Below are positions 41,582 to 50,350 of a stretch of DNA of 64,000 nt, one piece after another. A program made the position numbers and the translations under genes. The first letter of the stretch is position 1. Each line of letters opens with the position of its first letter. A model generated the notes under the pieces. The model was not told the origin of the DNA, searched no databases, and saw nothing but the letters and a program-made list of their open reading frames with translations. Source of the stretch: an uncultured delta proteobacterium. GTDB taxonomy: Bacteria > Myxococcota_A > Polyangia > Polyangiales > Polyangiaceae. The DNA lies in the NCBI GenBank assembly GCA_963806225.1, contig CAWDXG010000001.1, positions 1,792,001-1,856,000 of the forward strand, in the 5' to 3' direction.

Positions 41582-42325
41582 TCAGCCTGCCGGTCGGCTG
41601 AGCTCGGGCGAGCGCCCGCTCCAGTTCTCGGCGGCCTCCACGAAACGCTGGTGGCGTCCGGTCCAGATCCAGCGCACGAGCGAGCGGGCGCGCTCTGGAT
41701 CCTGCTGGCGCACGGCATCCACCACGTGCTCGTAGCCCTCGGTGATGGACCCGGCCGAGACCCAGAGCGTCTCGAGCAGGTGCGTGTACTTGTCCATCAG
41801 CCCGCGGACGCTGTTGAGCAGCAGCCGCGGCACGATGTTGTGGGCGGCGTCGGCCAGCGCCCAGTTGAAGTCGAAGTCGAGCCACAGCAGGCGCGAGAGG
41901 TTCTTCTCGCTCCGCATGCGCGCCACGATCACGTCGAGTGTGGCGAGGTCCTCGTCGCTCCGCCGTTCCGCGGCCAGCCCGGCGACTTCGGCCGTCAGGA
42001 TGCGGGCCGACTCGAGCAGATTCGCGAGCACCTCCGTGTTCACCTGGTCGTCCTCGGTGAGCACGAGGTATTCGATGACGTCCACGCTGGCGTGCTGGCT
42101 GTAGTCGAGCACCAGCGTTCCGGCGCCGGGCCTGCGCTCGATCAGGCGCAGCTGTTCGAGGCGCGTCAGCGCTTCGCGCACGGTGAAGCGGTTCACGTCG
42201 AGATCGGCCGCCAGGGTCGGTTCGGGCGGCAGCTTGTCGCCGGGTCGGTAGGCGCCGGACAGGATGCGCCGCTTGAGCGTCTCGGCGACCTGCCCCGCGC
42301 GCGTTTGCCTTGCGACCGCTTTCAC
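41582..42325 (-). CDS. GntR/FadR-family transcriptional regulator
   Basis: ILSGAYRPGDKLPPE..LAADLDVNRFTVREAL..L..RRPGAGT plus FCD-like C-domain. Confidence 0.9.
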   Translation of the reverse strand: MKAVARQTRAGQVAETLKRRILSGAYRPGDKLPPEPTLAADLDVNRFTVREALTRLEQLRLIERRPGAGTLVLDYSQHASVDVIEYLVLTEDDQVNTEVLANLLESARILTAEVAGLAAERRSDEDLATLDVIVARMRSEKNLSRLLWLDFDFNWALADAAHNIVPRLLLNSVRGLMDKYTHLLETLWVSAGSITEGYEHVVDAVRQQDPERARSLVRWIWTGRHQRFVEAAENWSGRSPELSRPAG

Positions 42326-42345
42326 GCAGCGCGTTGTAGCCCGGG

Positions 42346-42381
42346 CTTTGTCCAACAATCAATCCACTTTGTTGGACAAAG
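42346..42381. promoter_or_regulatory. Perfect 13-bp inverted repeat, likely GntR operator
   Basis: CTTTGTCCAACAA-N10-TTGTTGGACAAAG about 20 bp upstream of the gntR start. Confidence 0.65.
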
Positions 42382-42462
42382 TGGGGACGCGACCTTGAGC
42401 AGAAAAACCGATGGATTCCAGCTAGATAAGCTGGAGTGCCCGTGCGGAGTCGAGTGAGAGGC

Positions 42463-42726
42463 TCAGTTGCCCACGGGGGCCGGCACCGGGGCAGCGCTGC
42501 CGGATGCGGCGGGAGGTGCCGGCGGCGCGGGGGCGTCCTTGAAGTGGATGACCTTGCGCTTGTTGTTCTGCTTGGCGGGCGTCGCGGAGGTCGCGGCCTT
42601 GGGGGCCGGGGCGGCGGCCGGAGCCGGTTTCGGCGGTGCGGTGTCCGCAGGCGGGGTCTGGATGACGCAGCCTGCCGCGAACACGGCGACGGGAAGTACG
42701 GCGAGCACTGAAGCAATGACGCGCAT
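42463..42726 (-). CDS. Small Pro/Ala-rich lipoprotein
   Basis: MRVIASVLAVLPVAVFAAGC lipobox. Confidence 0.6.
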   Translation of the reverse strand: MRVIASVLAVLPVAVFAAGCVIQTPPADTAPPKPAPAAAPAPKAATSATPAKQNNKRKVIHFKDAPAPPAPPAASGSAAPVPAPVGN

Positions 42727-42919
42727 GGGAGCACCTGTGGTGTGGGTACGGGCAGAGCGTAGCCGGATTTGGGTCGCGCGGCGAGAGCTGCGGAGCGGTC
42801 CGGCCCGTTTCTCTCGTACGCCCGCGTGCCCGGATTCTTCCCCCAATGATGGACCGCAAGTGTCGCCGACGTTGGGGCGCTCTGGCCCGGCGCGCCCGGC
42901 TGGGACACACTGACGATCA

Positions 42920-44263
42920 ATGGGGACAGCGTCCCGAATTCGAGGGTCTGGAGCGCTGGCGACTTCGGTCGCACTGCATGCGTTGACGCTCGGGACTGGC
43001 GCGTTCCTGCTCTCGCAGTCGCTTTCCAGCCGCGGACCCGACCGCGCGGCTCCGCACACCGTGGAGGTAACGCTCACCGGGAGCCACCTGCAGCTGCCGC
43101 GGATGGCCGCGGGAGGCGCGATCTCCAGCCGGCCCCTGCCGCGCGAGCCCGACCGGCCAAGGGCTCCAGCCCAGCTCGGCGGCGGCGACCGCCTGCTGCG
43201 CCCGGACATGCAGCGCGCCGGCCGCGGCGGTTCGGACCAGGTGTCCGAGCGCGCGCTGAATCTCGCCGACAGCAATGATGGGCTCACGCTCGACCGCGAT
43301 CTCCTGAATCGTCTGGATCGCAGCCAGGTCCAGCGCCTGGACACCGGGCGGGCGCGCAGCTCGCTGGACGACCGACGCGCCACGCCGCATCCGATGCAGC
43401 TCACGTTCCTGACGACCGGTACGGGCACCACGGCGCTCCGGCGCCCTTCCGACCGGCTCGACCCCTCGCTCGGCATCCGGAGTGGCGACCGAGCGCGCGA
43501 ACAGGGCGGGGTGCCCGGCGGCGCGGAGAGCCCCGAGAGCGGGAGCGGCCAGTTGCTGGAACCCGGTGCGGCGCAGGCCGGCAGCCGACGGAGTGAGCTC
43601 GCCGGGGGAATTCCGACCGGTGCGCGCGGTCACGACCACCGGCGGAGCGCGTCGGTGATGCTGGCGCGTCCGATGCTGAAGCGAGCGCGCGCAGCCGTGC
43701 CCGCGCCGGTCCGCGGCCGTCCCCGCGACAACGTCAACAGCAGCCAGGACGTGGCCAGCCGCGTGGCTTCGTTGATCCACGCCAGTACCGCGGGAGGCCA
43801 GCCCGGTGCGGGTCCGGGCGGTCAGGACGGACCTGGTCCATCGGGAAGCCAGGGCGCGACTGGGAGCGGCTCGCGCTCGGCGGCGGCCGGTGCCGGCGCC
43901 GGACCGCTGCTCGACGTCGGCCGCGATCCGCACGTGCTCGGCTACTTCCAGGGTATCAAGACGAAGGTCGACCCGTTGTGGAAGGACGCCTTTCCGCACT
44001 GGGCGATAAGGGAGGGTCGCGGGGGGTTGGCGATCGTCGGCTTCCGCGTGATGCACGACGGCTCGGTCGCGCACGTGCACCTGGTGCGCCGGAGCGGCGT
44101 CGGCGATTTCGACCGCAAGGTGATGCGCGCGGTCGAGCGCGCCGGCCCGTTCGGCACGCCGCCGGCCGTGCTGGGCCGCGGACCGGTCGCGCTCAGGCTC
44201 GTGTTCGACGCGCTGAACTCGCCCGTCGGGCGACGCGGACCGGGGCCTGGACAGGCGCGCTGA
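42920..44263 (+). CDS. TonB C-terminal domain protein
   Basis: N-terminal SVALHAL TM; C-terminal FPHWAIREGRGG..VGFRVMHDGSV..VRRSG..FDRKVMRAVERAGPF. Confidence 0.78.
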   Translation: MGTASRIRGSGALATSVALHALTLGTGAFLLSQSLSSRGPDRAAPHTVEVTLTGSHLQLPRMAAGGAISSRPLPREPDRPRAPAQLGGGDRLLRPDMQRAGRGGSDQVSERALNLADSNDGLTLDRDLLNRLDRSQVQRLDTGRARSSLDDRRATPHPMQLTFLTTGTGTTALRRPSDRLDPSLGIRSGDRAREQGGVPGGAESPESGSGQLLEPGAAQAGSRRSELAGGIPTGARGHDHRRSASVMLARPMLKRARAAVPAPVRGRPRDNVNSSQDVASRVASLIHASTAGGQPGAGPGGQDGPGPSGSQGATGSGSRSAAAGAGAGPLLDVGRDPHVLGYFQGIKTKVDPLWKDAFPHWAIREGRGGLAIVGFRVMHDGSVAHVHLVRRSGVGDFDRKVMRAVERAGPFGTPPAVLGRGPVALRLVFDALNSPVGRRGPGPGQAR

Positions 44264-44310
44264 CTCGACTTGACAGCCGCCGCCGCCGCCGCCCATATTC
44301 CCCGCCCTTC

Positions 44311-44384
44311 GCCGAAGTAGCTCAGTCGGTTAGAGCACGCGCTTCATAAGCGCGGAGTCGTCGGTTCAAGTCCGACCTTCGGCA
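44311..44384 (+). tRNA. tRNA with CAT anticodon, most likely elongator tRNA-Met (CCA not encoded)
   Basis: Acceptor GCCGAAG/CTTCGGC+A; D-arm GCTC..GAGC; anticodon stem CGCGC/GCGCG with loop TTCATAA; T-arm GTCGG-TTCAAGT-CCGAC; no initiator hallmarks. Confidence 0.93.
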
Positions 44385-44480
44385 CTACGCCTGGCCGCCC
44401 GCCGGCGCAGGACGAGCACGGCGGGCAGGCCCAGCAGGGCAAGCGAGCCGCTACCGCCCGGTGTGCGGGGACGCTGCAGC
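44348..44480 (+). repeat. attL-like left copy of the ~133-bp direct repeat
   Basis: Matches 60294-60427 with about 4 substitutions and 1 indel; begins in the tRNA anticodon loop. Confidence 0.92.
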
Positions 44481-44924
44481 GTTCGCGTCGACGTGACCGA
44501 TGCCATGCTCGCGCTGGCGCGACAGCGAGTGGCCGACGCGGGGTGGTCGAACGTCGAGCTGGTACTGGCCGCCGCCGCCGACTTCACGTTCCCCGAGCCG
44601 GTCCAGGCAGCCGTCGCGACGTTCTCTCTCGCGTTCAGCCCGCGCTGCGACGAGATCGTCGCGCGCGCGGCGCAGGCTCTTGCACCGGGCGGCCGCTTGG
44701 CGGTACTGGGACAGAAGCTCCCGCCCACTCCAATCGCGTGGCTACGCCCGGCGATCATGTTGGCGCTGAAGGGCTTCGGCGTGACCAACGCGATTTTCGA
44801 TCGTCGTCCGTGGAACCGCATCGTGGCGGCGATGGGCCGGTACCTGGAAGGCCTGTGCGTCGAGCAAGGGTGTTTCGGGATCGTCTACCTGGCGACGGCG
44901 ACGCGCGGCGGCGAAGCGGCGTAA
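44481..44924 (+). pseudogene. 5'-truncated class I SAM methyltransferase
   Basis: Begins at motif II (VDVTDAMLALARQRV..GWSNVELV) immediately after the repeat; motif I is missing; ALAPGGRLAVL. Confidence 0.65.
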
Positions 44925-45179
44925 TCGAGACGACCAGCTTCGACCAACGCGACCAGGCTGGACCCGGTTGAAGTCCCGCGATCGACATCGCGCGATCGAA
45001 GTTCATTCGTGTTCGGCTAGCGCCGCGGTACGCCCGGCCGCGGCGCTAGACCAACCGCACACGAATGGTCGGGCGTCATGTAAGCTGGTTCCCGGTGGTT
45101 ACGCCCTTCCACCAGCCTGTCCGCGCCGATCCGTGCCGTCCCTTGACGCGCAGTCGGCGGAAGAGCGACCCTCTTTCAA

Positions 45180-45760
45180 TCGGGATTGTTCTGCGTAGAG
45201 CGAGCCTGGTTCTGGTGGTGGCGGGCATCGCAGCCTGCGGTTCGAACAAGTCGAACGCTCCGCCGTCCTCGGTCGATGCGGCGGGCCGAACAGGCGGCGG
45301 CGCGGCAGAAGCCGGACCGGGTGGCGCGGCAGAAGCCGGGCCCGACGGAGCGGGAGGCGGCGGACGCGGGCCCCGTCGATGCCTCCGACGGCGGCTGCGT
45401 CGCGCCGTCGGCTCTGGTCCAGCACATCGCGCTCGGCGCGCAGCACGGTTGCGCGCTCCATACGGACGGAACAGCGGAGTGCTGGGGAACGCCCTCTACG
45501 GACGTTGGGCAGACGCATCCACCAACGGACAGCTTCTCCGATCTGGACGCCTATCTGGACACGAACTGCGCCGTGTCGTCCGTCGACGGAAGCATCGCCT
45601 GCTGGGGGGACGACTCGAGCGGCATCGTGTCGAAGATTCCGGCCGGGAAGTTCGTGCAGGTTGCGGTGGGCATCGACGAGGGCTGCGCGCTATCCGTCTG
45701 CGGGAGCGTCCAGTGCTGGGGGAGCGGCGCTGCGGCGTCGCGTCTGCCGGACGATGACGG
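45180..45760 (+). pseudogene. Frameshifted and truncated RCC1-repeat lipoprotein
   Basis: Lipobox GIAAC in one frame; RCC1 repeats (HGCALHTDGTAECWG; CAVSSVDGSIACWG; GCALSVCGSVQCWG) in another. Confidence 0.6.
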
Positions 45761-46300
45761 CCACCAGCGATCTGCCCCAGGGGTACGTCTGGGGCGGCCG
45801 GAACTACCCCACGCCGACCGAGCTGTGGGGCGCCATCTCCCCGGGCCACTACAACGTCCAGCACGCCTACACCATCGCCCGCGTGCCCTGCGCCGACATG
45901 ACCCAGAGGGACAGGACGGTCCTCTCCCCGTCGGTCATGGCCCGGCTCGCTTGGATCGGTTGGTTGCCGAACTCCACCAGCTCCAGAACATTGTACCCCA
46001 AGGAGTTGTCGATGCCCCCCTCGCCGTCGGTTTTCGCAGCCGTCGGGTTACCGCCAAGAGGCGGCTTGCAGTGGTTGTCGTCTGTGAGCTTCGACGTAGA
46101 ATTTGCTGATCGCGATCACCGTCGTGGCCCCGCTCTTGTTCGGCGGCTCGTTGCCCGGCGCCGGCGGCAGCGTGCAGGCCGACGGGTGCGCACTGCAGCT
46201 CAGGCAGCGTGCCCGCATTGCCCTTTTTGTGGCCCTTGCGCCTTCTCGGTGATGGCTGTCTGGCCGCCGAAGAGGTAGTTGCTGGCGGGGAACGACATCC

Positions 46301-46460
46301 TCAGCCGCGTCATCCGCCGAAGGCTCGGAGAGCCGGTGCAGGCGGAGCTGTTCGACGCGCACTAGGCGCGCTCGACAGGGCCGGGATCTGTGCGGAGGAG
46401 GGAATTCGCGCGGAGACGACGCGCGTCGGGCGGGATGCGACGAAAGCGTGCCTCCCGCAG
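46301..46460 (+). mobile_element. IS91-like transposase 3' tip and downstream terminal sequence, copy 1
   Basis: Encodes SRVIRRRLGEPVQAELFDAH*; similar to 48392-48550. Confidence 0.55.
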
Positions 46461-46580
46461 AGATCCACTTCCTGGCCGCGCACGGCTAGCGGCGCGCGAG
46501 CGGCAAGTATTCTTGCTCTTCATGAACGCGCCGCGCAGATGGCACTATCGGTCCCGCCGATTTCCCGATAGGAGGAGCTC

Positions 46581-47468
46581 GTGTTCCGTCGTTTTTCCCT
46601 CGCTCTGGCTCTAGTTGCCTGCGTGCCCGCCTCCGCGGCGGCTGCACCGTCGAAGAAGAAGCCCACTTCCCACAAGGTCGCTCCGCACCATGCGGCGCTG
46701 CGCATCACGCCGAAGATGCTCTCCGCGTTCAACGACCCGCTGATCTCGAGCACCGCCGGGGTGCACATCGCGAGTGTCCTGCTCACCCAGGCGTGGAAGG
46801 GGAAGTCCACCACGGCGAGGCGCGCCCACGCGGTTTCGCTGGCGAAGTCCGCCCTGTACAGCAGCCGGGCGCTGCTCGCGCGCGGGCTGCACGACGCGCG
46901 GGTGCACCACAAGAAGGCGCCGGAGCTTGAAGGCCAGTACCGCAGCGTGCTCAAGGCGCTCTCAGCCCTTCAGAAGCTGCCTGCAGCTCCCAGCACGGTG
47001 CAGCTGCGGAAGGCAGCGACCGGCTCGAGCATCGCGCTGCTCCGGGGTGACGCGCTGGTGGGCCGGCACGACAAGCACGGCATCGCGAAGGAGCGCGCTG
47101 CTGCCGTCAACGCGCTGATCGGTGAAGACGGTCTGGTCGCGATCATCGGCGAGAACGGAAGCCAGGCCCTGATCGGCGAGAACGGAAGCAAGGCCCTGAT
47201 CGGCGAGAACGGGAGCCAGGCCCTGATCGGCGAGGACGGCATGATGGCGCTGGACGCGCTCATCGGGGAGGACGGGGTGGTCGCGGACGCCGTCTCGAAG
47301 ACACGGTCGGTGCCGAAGCTCGCCGGACACGCGCACAAGCTTGCCGCCCAGCAGGGCGCGATGGCCAGCGCGCTGAAGAGCGGCAAGGGCGGAGCTGCAG
47401 TCGGAAGCGCCCTGCGCCAGGCTGCGCTCGCCAACAGCGCGATGGTCAAGAGCCTGGGCGGGTTCTAG
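46581..47468 (+). CDS. Secreted protein with six ALIGE(N/D)G nonapeptide repeats
   Basis: AGGAGGAG RBS; signal peptide; repeats at 47112-47280. Confidence 0.78.
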   Translation: MFRRFSLALALVACVPASAAAAPSKKKPTSHKVAPHHAALRITPKMLSAFNDPLISSTAGVHIASVLLTQAWKGKSTTARRAHAVSLAKSALYSSRALLARGLHDARVHHKKAPELEGQYRSVLKALSALQKLPAAPSTVQLRKAATGSSIALLRGDALVGRHDKHGIAKERAAAVNALIGEDGLVAIIGENGSQALIGENGSKALIGENGSQALIGEDGMMALDALIGEDGVVADAVSKTRSVPKLAGHAHKLAAQQGAMASALKSGKGGAAVGSALRQAALANSAMVKSLGGF

Positions 47469-47474
47469 CCGCCG

Positions 47475-47668
47475 CAGCGTCAGCCGCCGTGCTTCCAGCG
47501 AAGCACGGCGTGCACGCCGCCGCGCTCGCCGACAGCGAGTCCGCGCTCGCGGAGCTCGCCGTCGCCTCCACGCTCGGTACCGTCCCCCCCGCTCCACGCC
47601 GCCACCACCGCAGGCGCTCATGACGCTGCCAGCGACGGGACGTTTGCCATCGATCTCGATCCGCTGGC
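47475..47668 (+). pseudogene. IS91-like transposase internal remnant
   Basis: SALAELAVASTLGTVPP segment and SDGTFAIDLDPL, the latter near-identical to 48309-48343. Confidence 0.45.
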
Positions 47669-47826
47669 TCCGTTTCCGCGCCGGACCGACAACAACAACC
47701 CTTCGTGTTGATGCTCGGCGCGTTGCCTGGGCTGGCAGCGCTGCGGCGCCGCACGCCGTGATCGTCGTCAGTCACTGGTACGAATTGGCCTTTGTTGCGC
47801 CAGCTCCAGCCGAGCAGCCTGGAGGG

Positions 47827-48075
47827 ATGAGGCACTTGTGGGTGGGGATCGCGTGTCTGGTGGTCGCGGCGTGCGGGGCCAAGGCACCTTCTGAATCTGT
47901 AACGCAGCAATCAGCGCCGATCCTCGACGGCGTCGATGCGCCGGAAGCGACGAACATCGTCGCCGTTCGCGTGAACACAGCCACTGGCACGATCATGTGT
48001 TCGGGCGCGCTGATCGCGCCCAGTCTCGTGGTGGTCGAGCGCCGTCCCGACACCAACAACAACCCTTCGTATTGA
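47827..48075 (+). pseudogene. N-terminal fragment of a trypsin-like (S1) protease lipoprotein
   Basis: GGAGG RBS; MRHLWVGIACLVVAAC; APILDG; CSGALIAPSLVV, truncated just before the TAAHC motif. Confidence 0.6.
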
Positions 48076-48184
48076 TGCTCGGTGCGTTGCTGGGGCTGGC
48101 AGCGCTGCGGCGCCGGCGCGACGACTGATTCTGTCAACAACATCTACACTCTCGGCTCAGCGCAAGAACACCCTGCGCTGTCCG

Positions 48185-48550
48185 ATGTCGAGCACCACGA
48201 CCCTGTCGGCGCCGACGCTGCCGCTACATCCTGCGCCTGGCCACCGCGGCCGGGCGCGTCCAGCTCGTCGCGGGCGACCTCGTGCGGCTCGAGCTGAAGC
48301 GGCCGTTCAGCGACGGGGCGTTTGCCATCGATCTCGATCCGCTCTCGCTCCTCTGCCGGCTCGCGACGGCCGTGCCGCCCTCGCGCTTTCAAGAGCCGCG
48401 CTATCCGCCGAAGGCTCGGCGAGCCCGTGCAGGCGGAGCTGTTCGACGCGCCCTGACTGGCGCGAGCGCGAGGGCGGGGATCGGACCAGAGGCGGGGAAT
48501 TCGTGCGGAGATGACACGCGCAGGGCCGGATGCCACGAAGGCGCGTCTCG
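48185..48550 (+). mobile_element. Internally deleted IS91-like (Y2/rolling-circle) transposase C-terminal remnant, copy 2
   Basis: CRYILR..VRLELKRPFSDGAFAIDLDPLSLLCRLATAVPPSRF joined out of frame to FKSRAIRRRLGEPVQAELFDAP*. Confidence 0.65.
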
Positions 48551-48618
48551 GGAGAGCTGTACCCGCCGCCTGCGGTCAGGGCCCCAAGCAACCAGGTGCG
48601 CGTGGCGCTCGAGGCGAT

Positions 48619-50052
48619 CTACGTGGAGGCCCGTGGCCCGACGTGCTGTCGCTCCGCCCGGGCGAGTGCCGAGCGCGCGGCGAAGGCGAAGGCCTCGGTC
48701 AGCGTCGGGTGCGGGTGGATGGCTCCGGCGAGTAGGGGTAGTGGCGTGCCGCCGGCGATGGCGAGCGCCGCTTCGCCCATGAGATCGGCCGCGCCTTCGA
48801 TCAAGGCGTGCACGCCGACTATTCGCAGGTCGTCGCAGCGATACACGATCCTGAGGAGCCCCGTGGTCTCGCTGCTGATCTGCGCGCGGGCATCGCCGCG
48901 GTAGTCGTACGCCGCCACGGCCACGTCCATACCTGCCGCGCGGGCCGCCTCCTCGGTCAGGCCAGCCATGCCCAGCTCGGGGCGCGAGAAGATCACGGCA
49001 CTGTTGTGTTCCGGCCGCGGCCAGGCGACGGGCTGCCCCAGCAGGTGGCGCGCGACAGCCAGCGCCTGCGCCGTCGCCCAGTGGGCGAACATGGGATGCC
49101 CAACCAGATCGCCGGTTGCGAAGATCCCCGCCTCGTTGGTCTCGAGCTCGCCGTTGACCCGGACGCCGTGGCGGTCGTGGTTCACTGCGGTGGTCTCGAG
49201 TCCCAGCCCGTCGACGTTGGGGTGACGGCCGGCCACGATGGCCACGACCTCCGCCTCGACCTGTCGCCCGGCTCCAGCGTGCTGGTAGCGCACGCGGTGG
49301 TGGCGTTCGCCGCCTTCGATGGCGTCGACGCGGACTTCGGTCTCCAGGCTGATGCCGCTCGCGGCGAGCTCAGCGGCCAGGCGCGCGGCCAGCACCGCGT
49401 CCACCGGCGCCAGGATGCGCGGCGCAGCTTCGAGCACGGTCACCCGGCTGCCGAGCAGCGCGAAGATCTGCGCCATCTCGATGCCGATCGGCCCGCCGCC
49501 GATCAGCACCAGCGAGTCGGGGACGAAACCGATCTCGATCAGCCCCCCGGAAGTGATCACCCCGGGCAGATCGGCGCCGGGGATCGGCAGGCGGTTGGGG
49601 GCCGAGCCGGTGGCGAGGATGGCCTGATCGAAGTGCACGCGGCGTCGCTCGCCGCCCGCCTCGATCAGCGCTTCGTGTGGCCCGCCGAGACGTGCGCGGC
49701 CGAACACCACCTCCAGGCCCGGGATGGCGCGCGCCTGCTCCAGCGCCCCCTGCGCGCGCTGGTTGAGGATGCGGTGACGGCGCGATTGCACCGCCGCCCA
49801 GTCCACCTTTGCCTGGCTGTCGGCGAGCTCTAGACCGAACTCCGCGCTGCGCGCGATCTCCAGCCGCCGCGCCGCCGTCTCGCGGAAGATCTTGGACGGG
49901 ATGCAGCCCTCGAACAGACACGCGCCGCCGAGCCCCCGCCCGGCCACCGCCAGGAGCACCCGCTTGCCCCCGCGCGCCAGCGCCATCGCCGCCGGCGTGC
50001 CGCCGGGCCCGCCGCCCACCACCAGCACATCCACATGCCCCCCGTTTGCCAT
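48619..50052 (-). CDS. Class I pyridine nucleotide-disulfide oxidoreductase (dihydrolipoamide dehydrogenase-like)
   Basis: VVGGGPGG; GGACLFEGCIPSK; ILATGS; IGGGPIGIE; ATGD; IHPHPTLTE. Confidence 0.9.
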   Translation of the reverse strand: MANGGHVDVLVVGGGPGGTPAAMALARGGKRVLLAVAGRGLGGACLFEGCIPSKIFRETAARRLEIARSAEFGLELADSQAKVDWAAVQSRRHRILNQRAQGALEQARAIPGLEVVFGRARLGGPHEALIEAGGERRRVHFDQAILATGSAPNRLPIPGADLPGVITSGGLIEIGFVPDSLVLIGGGPIGIEMAQIFALLGSRVTVLEAAPRILAPVDAVLAARLAAELAASGISLETEVRVDAIEGGERHHRVRYQHAGAGRQVEAEVVAIVAGRHPNVDGLGLETTAVNHDRHGVRVNGELETNEAGIFATGDLVGHPMFAHWATAQALAVARHLLGQPVAWPRPEHNSAVIFSRPELGMAGLTEEAARAAGMDVAVAAYDYRGDARAQISSETTGLLRIVYRCDDLRIVGVHALIEGAADLMGEAALAIAGGTPLPLLAGAIHPHPTLTEAFAFAARSALARAERQHVGPRAST

Positions 50053-50350
50053 GTCGCTCTCCCGTGCTGCGTCCGGCAGAAGGCCTGCCGCCATCTAGCA
50101 GGGTAACCACGCGGCGCGGGCGGCCAACCGGGCAAGCTGACTACCGCAGTGTGCTGCCCACAGGGGCACTCCGGCGCACGCAGTGCCCATCGGGATCCCG
50201 GCCTAGAGTGACGCGGGATCGACGAGGTGCGCTTCGGCGCCGATCCAGTAGACGGCGTGATCCGTGGCCGCGAATGCTCGCCCGCCCGCCAGAGCAAGCT
50301 CGCGCCAGTCGGCGTGCTGGCTACTCGTCGCGTCCGCCGCAGATGAGCGC

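Noticed and set aside
44311..44384. tRNA-Thr-like GCCGA acceptor with a CAT anticodon as evidence of recoding
   Set aside because: The remaining body resembles elongator tRNA-Met and MetRS reads mainly the anticodon; no other sign of recoding. Met versus Ile2 needs tRNAscan-SE isotype models
44366..44821. Minus-strand ORF ending in a MYXO-CTERM-like tail
   Set aside because: It is the antisense of the methyltransferase fragment joined to the duplicated att sequence
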